Below the pieces are notes generated by a model that was not told the origin of the DNA, searched no databases, and was given only the letters and a program-made list of their open reading frames with translations. Below, piece after piece: positions 41,064 through 52,900 of a stretch of 64,000 bases of DNA. The stretch comes from Azolla caroliniana (Eukaryota > Plantae > Polypodiophyta). The stretch lies in contig JBHGNT010000001.1 in NCBI GenBank assembly GCA_043228905.1, forward strand, positions 2,790,001-2,854,000, written 5' to 3'. The first letter of the stretch is position 1; every line of letters begins with the position of its first letter. The position numbers were made by a program, and so were the translations under genes.

Positions 41064-41452
41064 CAACTACATACAGATGGAAGTGTTCTTGTAACACATG
41101 GTGGAGTTGAGATGGGACAGGGATTGCATACCAAAATTGTATAGATTGCGATTACTTTATTTAGTAGTCCTTTGAGTTCACTGTTTATCTCTGAGACAAG
41201 CACATAAGGTTCCAAAGGCTTCTCCAACAACAGCTTCAACAAGATCAGACTTGTATGGTCAGGCAGTTTTAAATGCATGTGAAGAAATAAAGTCTCGCAG
41301 GAAGACTATGGCTGAGAAGGGAACGTTTTCATCAATCACAAAGTTGGCGAGTGCTTGATATTTCTAGCGTATTGATCTGTCAGCTCATGGATTTTATGCT
41401 GCTCATGATATTGTATTTGTTTGGAGCATTGGCAAAGGAAAACCCTTCAACC
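41064..41452 (+). pseudogene. XDH: Xanthine dehydrogenase (molybdopterin-binding domain) pseudogene fragment
   Basis: Translates to [28 protein letters not shown]...PLSSLFISETST/(frameshift ~41204)/KVPKASPTTASTRSDLYGQAVLNACEEIKSR...*YF*RIDLSAHGFY...GKGKPFN. This matches the plant XDH segment [22 protein letters not shown]...ETSTDKVPNASPTAAS...RIDLSAHGF. Confidence 0.92.
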
Positions 41453-41559
41453 AAAGGAAATGGTTCACTTGAAAATGGGTGGTAACAAGTAGCATGACTG
41501 AGGTGGAAAGAGGAAGCGTTAGGTTTGTGTTTATAGACGTTGGAATTTGGTGGTAACCA

Positions 41560-41692
41560 AATGTGGAAAGAGGAAGTAAGATGATTGATGTGTTTACAGA
41601 CGTGCATAAGGAACGTGGTTGTCTTGAAGAAGCACAGAATGTATGATCGACTTCAAAACTGACATGTAGAGGCATGGAATACATTGTTCTCT
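41560..41692 (+). pseudogene. PLS-PPR motif fragment
   Basis: With one frameshift reads GSKMIDVF...RGCLEEAQ / YDRLQN*HVEAWNTLFS, resembling the PPR S-motif consensus G..LIDMY.KCG.LEEA..VFD.L..R.VV.WN.LIS. Confidence 0.65.
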
Positions 41693-42168
41693 ACCTTAGA
41701 AGCTGTTTATAGAATAATTTTCAGATTAGTTGTTCTATTTATAGAATAATTTTCAGATTAGTTGTCTATTTTCCTCTATTTTGGAGTTCAAAGTTTTGTT
41801 TCCTCAACCATCATCTTATAAAGATGAGTTGGGAAAATTTTGTATGCTGTAGTTTTTATGACTTTTCTAAAAACTAATGGAAGTATATTTTCTTTTGGAA
41901 AAAAAAAAGCCTAGTACACAAAGTGAACTCCAAACTCAAGCAACTTAGAACTAGAAAGAGTCACAACCAATGACAAATATCAAGCCCCACTGTCTCATGA
42001 AATCAACTTGGGCGAATGTTTATGTTGTGGTATGGGAAAATAAGGGTTTAGTCAATATTTCACATACATATCCACGACTTATAAAATACCCAAGAGTGGC
42101 ACATGGCTAACCGTACTTTTTGTTTACAAGTCCACATGATGCACTTAAACAAGACTCCTGGAAGTTGT

Positions 42169-42222
<54 letters not shown>

Positions 42223-42226
<4 letters not shown>

Positions 42227-42678
42227 ATCTACATAAACAAAAAAAAAAGGGTTCAATTGCTAGCTATGGAAATACCTCTGATCATTCGGTAAAAAGAAAA
42301 CATTTATTCGGATTCATGGATTCCAGATATGGATCTTGTACTGGTTCGTTCCCATACATACAGAAAATGGGAACCATCCATTCATAACAAAAGATAGAGA
42401 AACCTATATCTAATTTATCTGATTGTGGTAGTCGAGCACCTCTCGATATCTCTTTCAGTATTAAAGGTTTGGATTCATGCTCTATTGGATCTTAACACTG
42501 AGTGTCTCAATTATTAGGAAATAGAAAACAGAGGCTATCAATGAGCCTAATGCTATAATTTGACCTTGACCAGTATGAAAGTATAACAAATTAAGCTGTC
42601 TGCTGCGGGAAAAGGCATGGTATAAATTAAATTGCATTGTTTTTCATTTTTGTGCGAAATTAAAGAAGCTAATTTTGT

Positions 42679-42686
<8 letters not shown>
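42223..42686. repeat. Dispersed copy of the 3' part of CIPK intron 1 (source 28303-28767), embedded in (GT)n(GA)n...(GA)n
   Basis: Same orientation as the source, about 20 differences over ~460 bp counted by eye. ORFs 28255 and 42103 share the peptide [53 protein letters not shown]. Confidence 0.97.
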
Positions 42687-42723
<37 letters not shown>

Positions 42724-45538
42724 ATGCGATATAACGATAATGTTGATAAACCTTTATCCTCCCAAGTGTGAAAGGAAGATAGTTGTAATTTAGTTGAATA
42801 GTGAAGAACTATAAAGTTGAAACAATAAAACCTATTCGAAGAGTTCTTCCTCATTTAATATATCCCCCTAGATCTAAAGCTTATGCCTCTCTATTGCTCT
42901 CTCCTTGATCATCTCCCCAATTATGAGATATAAACATGAGTTAATCTTCATGACTTGTAATTAAATTAAGCTCTTTTGTGTGATTAAGTTGTGGACTAAA
43001 CTTACTAGAGTTTGCTTTACTTGTTAGTCTAAGTGTATGTCGCTTGAAGGTGATTGACACTTGAAGTCGTCTCTCTCTCACAAACAAAAGGCTAGATGGT
43101 GTAAGGTCCTTGCACAACGACCTTGAGGTGGTTCTCAAGAAGAATACCCAATTAAGAAGTAATTTCTGATAAGGAAAGCAAAATATGTTGTGATGATCAA
43201 CCAACATGAACATTAGACTGACAAACTCATCTCACGAAACATTAACCCAATAATATCATTGAATGCATCATTTATTGACAAAATCGCATCAATAACATCT
43301 ACGTTTGTGATCTACATGTCTTGAACATGAAATACAAGGGCATCATTGATGGCACAGAGTACATCTACATTTTAAATACATATTTCTTCAATAACAATAC
43401 TAATGGTCAAATTGACATTGTCTCGTACATCAATCTTATCCTTAAATGTCGCATGTGTGTTTGTCTGTCTCCTGCCATCCTCGGATCTCATTTATGGGTT
43501 TTGAGAACCTCATTAGATTTATATGCACACAAGCTAATTGGTTCATCCTCAAATGCCATGCTTGGATAACCACCACATGAGACAAACATAAACACTAGCC
43601 AAGCTTAACGTTTCTTCGCTTTTCGCAGTAATTTTTGTCATGTACCCTAACTTCTAGCTTTTTTTTTCCTCCCTTATGTATATTACACTTTGAACCTTTT
43701 TGTGTCATTCATCCTACTTCTCATCATTGACCGTAACAAGGTTGCCTAATGGTGGGAAGAGGAGATCCAACCCGTTAGGGCATGACTCTTCGAAGTCACG
43801 AAAGTCAACCTTTGTTGAAGTGAGAAGTGTGGTTGTCGAAGAAAAGATTAAATGAGTGGTATCGAGCTATTGTACCCGAGTACAATGCCTAACTCCACAA
43901 CACTTCCCAAATTACGACCAATGTCAAGCAATGAGCCACCACCACACTACAAGGATTTGAAGTTGTCACTAGTTCTTTATGACTTATTGAGAATCAATTG
44001 ACGCCAAGACTTGGCACTCAACATAAGGCAAATTGTGTGAGTTTGACCAAAATACAAGGTCTATGATATTGCACTAAACATATTACTATACTAGATAGTG
44101 GAGATGTTGAAAGTCAAGGATCGCACCATCATTGACCTAATGATTCACTCACAAACTGTAACTCAACAAGCCTTCCATCACATTTTTTACTTCATTTGTA
44201 TCTAAAAAGAAGACCAACTTATATACAAGGTTCTAATTTTCTTAATTGAGTCACAAGAATTGAAGGGTGATGGCATCAATTGACCAGTTTCACCTTTGCA
44301 TTTGAAACACTTGGATTCACATAAGATGTCATGTTTTCTAAATCGTCATAGCACATAAGAGAAAGGCTTGTTTTGTCTGTGCCATGTTTCAATCTCCTCT
44401 CTCTCTCTCTCTCTCACTCACTCTTTCTCTCGCCACAACATGATGGATTTTGAGGTGATTAGCTCAAACTTGAGCTAAGTATACTTGTTTAACACCATGA
44501 GGCAACATTAAGATTCAAAATACATAAGTTTTGCAAGAATATGTCTTCATACATGAGGGCTCACAACAACAATAGCAAAATCGTTACATTGGCTTTTAAG
44601 CCTAACAATTATAGTACAATGGAACAAGGAATAAATGGGATGAAAAAAATACGAGTTTCAATGGGCCAAGTTTACGAACAACGGTGACATGCCTTTAATT
44701 GTTGTAGATTTCCACGCCCTCATTTGGTTCACCTCCTTTCTTTGCCTTGCTCCTCTTTCCGCCGTCTCTCCAATCAAGAAGAACCCTTAAACACTCACAC
44801 GTTGACCCTAATAGGAGTATAATGATGGCTGAGAAGTGGTCCAACTCCACTTTTGCACTCAATACTCACCAAACTCGGTGACTAATATGTGAGAATTCGA
44901 ATGTCGTGGTCTTTGATGAGCCCACCTACAATCAACGACTACATCGCCTCTTATTTATGTAGGGCAATTGGTGTAACTTTGGACTCCTAACCACATCACG
45001 TGCCAACCAAGATTCAAACTCTACACATCTTTAATCCTCGAACCCACCACATCACAAACACTACTCATATACAAATATATGCATTCCCTCATTCACAAAT
45101 TGATTTGCCCTATGATTAGTATGACTAGAACTTAATCAAATGGTCCAAGTCACAATCATTTTGTAAAAGAAAAGGGCAAAGAAGGAACAAGTCAACAAGA
45201 CATTAGTTCTTAAAGCATAATACGAAAGCATCTCCTTGAACATTATACTAAATGCATCCCATCAATTACTTTATAAAGATAACAAAAATCCTCCACAATA
45301 CATGATCCTTATCATATCCAATTTATGGCATTTCCTCAAAGTGAACATAGAGAGACATCATGCACACTCAAAGAATTACCATCGAAATGAGAGAAATCAA
45401 TAAATGGCAAAAGTCATTACATGTACCATATTATCATTGAGGAGAAGGAACAAATAAATAAATGATTGAAATGATTTAATGAATGCCAAACAAAAAACTA
45501 GGTGAAACAAATGTTCAAACCTATATTGTATACACAAT

Positions 45539-45573
<35 letters not shown>

Positions 45574-46352
45574 AAACTACATGGGACATGGCTCACAAAA
45601 TATACATATATTAATTTTCAACCAGTCAAAGTAAATGCTAGGGACTTGGCAAAAGCTTCGCCAATATTGTTCATGAATTTGTTTGCATGTACGGAAATTT
45701 CAAGAAACCATGGTATTTATATAAACAAAGCCATATAAATAAGATTGGTCAACAATCGTCAATAAATTTTGGAATACAAGTTTTTCATATTTTTAGTAAC
45801 AAGCAGTGTCCATGAGCCTTGAATGACGTCCCATAAAGTAAGAGTAGACAATTTAATTTATGATGGAAGTCATTTTCATCACGTTTGAGAGTGTTATTTA
45901 TCAATTGTTGTGTGTGTGTTGGGGGGATATGTAATATAAATCTCTAAGAACACAATATAGGTCATTGTGGAGTTTTGCCTACAACTTTAGAAACTCGGTT
46001 GAAAATAATGAATGGATGCAAGTATCTTCGTGATTGATAGGAGGGGACGCATGCCATTACATGTTCGAGGTATGAACGTATAATGTGCATTTCCGCCATC
46101 ATCTCTTGCTCTCCTTCGCAAGCATTGTCTAGAATTAACACAGAGGATCGATTAACATAGAGACGAGAGGGCGCGGCAATAGCAAATACTTATGTTTATG
46201 AAGAAGAGTTGATCCGACAAATCGTAATTCAAATTCGAGAGACGGGCGAGAGGCATTTCACTGTAATTAGTTGCCAGGTGATTTTGCTTTTTTTTAATGC
46301 TTTTTGTTTTTCTCCCAGAAACAAAAGCAGCAGCAAAAGGGTAGAGAGAGAA

Positions 46353-46397
<45 letters not shown>

Positions 46398-46591
46398 AGA
46401 GGACGCCATGAAAGCTTGAAGGGAAGAAGAAAATTTTTAAAAAGGAAAAAGGGAAAGCAAAACGCCACGGTGTCTTCCTTTATTGACTCTGTGCTTTTCC
46501 TCTGATTGACACATGGAGACTTCCTTTTCGCCTTCTTTCTTCTGAATATCCTCCATCTTACGTCGACGAGCAGGAAAAGAGTCTCATATAC

Positions 46592-46636
<45 letters not shown>

Positions 46637-47640
46637 ATATCTATCTTCGCTTTACACCTCCTTTCGACACGTTTGCACCCTAAGGCTTCTTCTCACAATT
46701 TGATCACACTGACACTTCAGAGAGAAAGATACAGCGCGGGCGAGAGAGAGAGAGAGAGAGATAAGAATCCTGCTCTGATTGCTTTCTCCTTCTTTGGTTC
46801 CGCTAGATCGGTGATAGAAGAAAATAAGATTGAGGAAGCAAAAGAACAAATTTGGGTTTTGGAAATACACAACACAACACAACACAACAGAAAACCCTAA
46901 TATTGATCTGCAATTGTTTTCGATGTGATGCGATCTTCAACAGGTGTGTCATTTTCTCCTCTCACGGTCTCTATTGAAGACTAGCCATCATAGTAGTTTT
47001 CAATGCATTTGCCTTTTATATAGAATTGAAGAAAGAAAGAAAGACATATCCCTGTCATTGGCAAGTATGTATGTATCTATATACGTATTTATGTGTGTGT
47101 TGTGTGATTATGCATGTATGTTTGATGTTGTGTAACAAAACAGAATTCCTGTCATATTTATGTATGTAAATTAAAGTTGCAATCGTGTGTTAATGCATGT
47201 ATATATCTATGCGTGCAATGTGCCTCTCTGTATATGTATGTGTAAATAAAAGGAGGGAAAAGAGCAGAGACATGTATGTGTGTGTGAGTTCTGATTTTTA
47301 CCTATGATAGGCAGAGGAGAGATGTGAAGTTATCTGGAAGGAAATATAATACTTTGGCTTGAAGTTTATCATGTACAAAGGCTTCATATATTCCACCATT
47401 TTAAAGGAAGGAAAGGAAGAAGAATGAAAGACTGTAATCCTGTCATACATCTAAATATGATCCTTTTGCTATTGTTCTATAATGTCAAAAGGCATTAGAA
47501 ACACCACCATTGTAGGTAAGACGGAAGAGAACTGTTCAACTGTAGAAAGGCATTGGAAAAGCACTACATCAGAGGGGAAGAAGAGCTCATACCGTGAAAA
47601 AGGGGTCATATTCTCATATATTTATTTGTTAATTCATTAA

Positions 47641-49826
47641 ATGGACTCATGTTTCTCTGATGACATGGGAGTTCATCCATTTATACAATTTAGCTGCTTG
47701 GAAGAACAGTCATGTGCAAGACAAATTCAACATCGAGAAAGGCATAGCAGACCTCTGGGAATCTCAATGTTTCAAGAACTAGGTTCACATGTTGGTAATT
47801 CATATTTTGATGGGGTACTAGAGTCAACTCCTGTCAGTGCATTACTTGGAAGACTAACTGAAATTGCACATAAAGAACCTTCACTTGTGAGAGCAAATTC
47901 AAGTGTTGATTGTATTCTTGGACCCCTCACTGATCTACACGGAGAGTCTATTAATCTCTCAGGAGATGTAGTTACAAAGAATAATGGCTTGGTTCGATCA
48001 CAATCTTATCCTCCTAAAGGATTTCAGGGTCATACAAGGAAGTATCTTCTCAAAGTCAGCAAAATTGCCCAAAATCCAATAGAGAATTTCCTTCATGATA
48101 AGGTCTATTGTGCCACTCTCAGCAAAGTAGACCAACACATTGTTACTGCATCATCATTGATGGATAAAGTGGCTGATATCTCTCTCTCGGAAACAAAAGA
48201 AGATGAGAAATCCGAGGATATTAGTGTGTGCTCTACCAAGCAAGATTATACTCTAAAGTCAGAAGGTGATAATCTATTGGAAGAAATGTTGGAAAGCTCT
48301 TCAAAATGTATATCCGAAGGACTAGAAACTTCTAGGGAGTCTTCCTCTTATCTCTATGTTGAGGAGGGGTCGTCTTTAAGCAATGTATTGTATCATGGAT
48401 TAAATTGCTGTCCTCATTGTAGTAAAGTGCTTGAATGTGGAAGAAGGAAAGAAATGGAAGATACGGCTGCAATTGTGCCATCATTTACTACGATCCCTTG
48501 TGGAATGATGGGAATGAGTCCATGTGATAAAGAGTCTCCAGATACAACTTGTGATCTTCATTTTTTTGCTGTTTATGATGGTCATGGTGGTTCTCAGGCA
48601 AGTATACCTGACTCCTTATTGATAATATTTCAAAAGTAGACGTTATTGCTTGTTGAATGACCATTCTTTTCTTTGACCATATTTTAGGCATCATCCTACT
48701 GTGTCGAAAGGTTTCATCATTTGCTTGCGGATGAGCTTAGATCAATGTGCATGATAATGAATGCTGAGGGAGATCATCGATCGCAATGGGAAAAGCTAAT
48801 GATGAACTGTTTCTCAAAAGTAGATATGGAGGTTGGTGGCATATGCCCTAGCGGGATGTGTTATGAAGAGGATCTGTTAGACAGCAATTGCGTTACTTGT
48901 GAAGATGCCATTTCACCCGAAAATGTAGGTACAACAGCGGTGGTTGCCGTGGTTGGTTCACGTCAAATTGTTCTCGCAAATTGTGGAGATTCAAGAGCTG
49001 TCTTATCTCGGGGTGGCAAGGCCATCCCGTTATCTACAGATCACAAGGTAAGTATTTTATGCCAATGCTAGAAAAATCTCCAAATACTTACCCCCACTCG
49101 GTTGCCAAAAATTACCAGAATATATCAAACCTGTTGATTACATATAAGAACATTGTTTTTTCAAGTTACCTGAATCTCCCTCTGAGTTCAAATTTTATAC
49201 TACATATGAGTGTTTTGGTAAATTTTCAAAATTTAGAGGCATTCTGATAAATTTTAGGGATATTTTGGTGTTTTCGTCTAAAACTCATCTCACTTTGTGC
49301 CTTTATGGAAACTTTTTCTTGTTATGCGCACAGCCTGAAAGAGATGATGAGACCAGCAGAATAGAAGCCGCAGGTGGAAAAATTATATATTATGATGGTT
49401 ATAGAGTAGGAGGCCTTTTAGCATTATCGAGGGCGATAGGTTCGTCTCTTGGCTTAAAGATTCTTTTTTTTACTTTCCTATTTTGGGGTTTTCTTTTGGA
49501 TGCTTATATAGCTGTTATCCGATGCAGGAGATCGTTATTTGAAACCTTATGTCATCTCTGATCCAGAAGTAACATGCATAGAACGGGAGCAGGATGATGA
49601 GTGTTTGATCTTAGCGAGTGATGGTCTATGGGATGTGATAAGTAATGATCATGCATGTGAGGTTGCTCGAAGATGTTTTGCTGCAAAGAGAAAGCAAGAT
49701 AAAAGGAGTTTCCCACATGATGAAGACCCAGCATCGGCCTTTGTTGCTACCTCATTGGCTAAATTGGCTCACAGTAAGGGTAGCAAAGATAACATCAGTG
49801 TGATTGTGGTGGATTTAAAAAGTTAA
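47641..49826 (+). CDS. Protein phosphatase 2C, clade A (ABI1/HAB1-like) with long N-terminal extension, 573 aa
   Basis: Exons 47641-48597, 48688-49047, 49334-49439, 49528-49826 (1722 nt in frame; intron 1 is GC-AG). Motifs CGRRKEMED, FFAVYDGHGGSQ, VGTTAVVAVV, ANCGDSRAVL, LSTDHKPERDDE, LALSRAIGDRYLKP, LILASDGLWDV, GSKDNISVIVVDL. Confidence 0.93.
49070..49278. mobile_element. MITE-like element in PP2C intron 2
   Basis: Imperfect inverted ends (GAAAAATCTCCAAATAC / ATATTTTGGTGTTTTC); motifs shared with 25407-25577. Confidence 0.45.
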
Positions 49827-50399
49827 TTCCACATGCACAGAAACTCAGGGGAAATTCTAACCCCAACACTGAATGCTTTGTCTAGATATTGCTTCTAGAG
49901 TCTTTTGCGTGAGTTATTGGTATTCTTTTAATCCTTTTACAATGCAATATTAAAATGTTTTATGATGTATCATAAAATCAAGTAGATACTTGCCATTTCT
50001 AATCATAAAATCCGTAAGTGCATTTAGAAGTGTTGGTATATGTATATGTTTGCATTCATTCTGGAGTGTAGAAAGCTAATTATACTAAGTAAGAGATCCA
50101 CAGTAATTCCATAAGCAATGACGATGACAAGGGAGAATGTTTCTACAAAGAGGGCTATGACAATGGAATTTTGAATGAAGGTTACTAAGAGTTCAACAAA
50201 AGTAGCAAATGAACAATATAAAGGTAAAATAAAGTAGTAATATATTTGGATAATATAAAAACAACTCAAAAGCTGGTATAATGGGAGAAGGTACAAGAAG
50301 TGGAACAATAACGAATAACAAGCAGTAGAGTGAAGTCTCCAAACTGCTAGAGATGTTAGAATGCAAAGTTATTAGATACCCCCATCTTAGATGACAAGA

Positions 50400-52900
50400 G
50401 GCGCTCTCAATTTTAAATCAAAGACTGATGGACATTACAACATAAAGCAATATAGTTGAAAAGGCTCTTCGAATATGATGGAGGCCTAGATGCTGAAAGT
50501 AAAAAATCTACGTAAACTATTAAAAGAGAATGCTTCCATGTATCTACAAAAAATATCATGAGGATTACATAGGAGATGGAGGTATAAAAGGGGATAACAA
50601 ACTAATGGGATTTTTTCACATTAGAAAAATACCAAAGATGCTAGTAGATGGCTTGACAGCTAATAATATGCATGAAGTAGATATTGAAACCCAAAAGTTT
50701 CAATTTGCAATTTTAGGTGGCTGTAGAAGTGAACCATGGTGACTCAATTCAAATTTTTGTAACTAGTGCAATTAGTGATATTGAATCCAACTCATGGTTA
50801 CAATAAAGGGAGAGAAACTATCTTTCTCCAATTATGTATTTTGGTATGTGAAGAGTTGGGCCATGGGTCTAGGCATACTCTAGTCTTTTGGAGCACAATC
50901 AGGAATATTAGTTAATGTAATGACAAAGAAGTTTGGAATGGTAACTAGTAAATGGACCGACATCCATGGGATTCCAATCAAGAAATTGTATCCAAGCTTG
51001 TTGGGAATGTTGTATGCAATGGCTTTGACTTGGACTTGAGAAACTTAGTGAACTGAAACATCATTATAGCTAAAGAAAAGGAAATCAGCTAAGACTTGGT
51101 TAGTGGCATTACGTGAAAGCGGATTATCAAAAGAAAGGGTAGGGGGCCTTGAAAGGGCTACTTTCCTAGCCATGTGTGGAGAACTTGCAATAGAGGGAAG
51201 GGTTCCCCAAGGAATATTGAAAAAGTTTAAAGATTTTGGCCATATTCAATGTGCCTACACCTTAACACACTTGTTCACGACCAACACCCTCTAAAGCACT
51301 AATCCACATCAATCAGGCCATCTAAATCGATTTGGAATATGCTTCATTGTTTTTTTAAGGCAAACTCTCGGGCCTTCCAAATCCAAGATCATTTCAATTG
51401 TCCTTTGTCTACTCTGACTTCGTCGTCTCGTCTAAAAAGGTTCTCGTTTAAAGTGTATTGGATTCCTATATGCTTGGCCCGCACTTGGAGGCATTCTAAT
51501 TTTCATTAGAAGCTTTCTTTTAGCCATACTACTTCACAATGGGATTTCGAATGTGAAAATGGCAAGAAGGCCATAAGATGAACCGAAATGGGCATAGTTA
51601 ATAGGCCATAGGACTAGTTTTAGAAAGATATGGGCTGTTGGTTATGCGCACCAAAGAATAAAACATTAAAAGCTAAATGATGAGATAGGGACCTGCTATG
51701 TAACAACATATTTAAATTGCTGGAGGAGCTGTTGCTGTTTACCTAGTTCTTCATTCCATTTGAGCAATTATTACACCACTTTCAGACCCAGCAGTAGGAA
51801 GGGAACTCGAAAGAGATCTCGAAGTTATATTTCAGTGAAGCCATTCGAACTCCGTTAGGCTCGGATGTGGTTATTGCATCAGAAATGATAACTCATAAAG
51901 TTTGGAAAAACAGTCTACGGTGGGCCATAGTGCAAAAGGTGTGCATTGATTCAACAAGGTTTGCGACAAGTGTTAATATCTGCGTCCGACAACGGCCAAG
52001 GCCACATGCCACACTATCCCATCGTCCTGCTGGAGCCATTACAAAAATAGGGCCTTATGGCTTATTTGAATCAGTTGTCCAAATGGGCCATAAATAAATT
52101 ATCGCGGCCATCAACTACTAAGTTGGTAGAAGTGAAGGCTCTCTGAAACAACAAGACAGTCCATTCCATTCTTAAGAAATATGACTGCCCCAATGAGTGG
52201 AATGGACTGGGACAAGAAGCTCGAGCTTGTCTATTGGGCATACCATATGAGCTTCAAGACAAGCATTGACACCATGCTGTTTCATCTAGTTTTTGAATTG
52301 CCCATTTCTTATTCAAAAATAAATGCTGTCATTATGATTACCCCAATGAGTTGGTTAGTGATCAAGGCATGCACTTCATCAACCAGCTAGTCGATGCCCT
52401 GACCATGCAATACACGGTCTTATACAAGAAAAGTACCACATGATATCCACAAGGAAATGGTTGGGTGGAGTCAAGAAACTAAACTGTTTAGACAATTTTG
52501 ACTGCCTCAATGAGTTAGCTAGTGATCAAGGTATACACTTCATCAATCAACTTGTCGATGCCCTGACTATGAAATACACGGTGTTACTCAAGAAAATCAC
52601 AACTTCATATCCACGAGGAAAGGTTGGGTAGAGTCAAGAAACTAAACTCTACACAATTTTGAAGAAAATTGTCACTTAAAGTTGGACAGTCTGGAATCAG
52701 AAGCTCCAGTTTGTGATTTGGGTATAGAGGTGAGCTTCAAGACAAGCAACTGCACCAAACTGTTTTGTCTGGTGTTCACATTGGAGGCCAACATACCGAT
52801 CAAGCATCAGGTGTCAAGCATAAGTATTCAAGTGGTTGGTCGACCAACTGTTATGACATCACAAATTTGCTCTGCAACAACTTGATGAAGATCAGATTGA
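50400..52900 (+). mobile_element. Degenerate Ty3/gypsy retrotransposon remnant with a tandemly duplicated integrase core
   Basis: Integrase core SDQG.HFINQLVDALTM.YTV..KK.T..YP.G.G.VESRN occurs twice (~52345-52500 and ~52510-52660). DWDKKL..V.WAY..SFKTS at ~52205. The 5' boundary is uncertain. Confidence 0.75.

Larger units (their letters stand above)
39861..41905 (+). mobile_element. Non-autonomous chimeric retroposed insertion (TSD plus poly(A)) carrying a tandem array and XDH and PPR gene fragments
   Basis: Perfect 18-bp direct repeat AAAGCCTAGTACACAAAG at 39843-39860 and 41906-41923, with an A10 run at 41899-41908 running into the right-hand copy. Confidence 0.8.

Noticed and set aside
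42720-44200. Possible short LTR, PPT (TCCCCCT at ~42864) and retroelement debris
   Set aside because: Too degenerate to assign boundaries or domains by eye.
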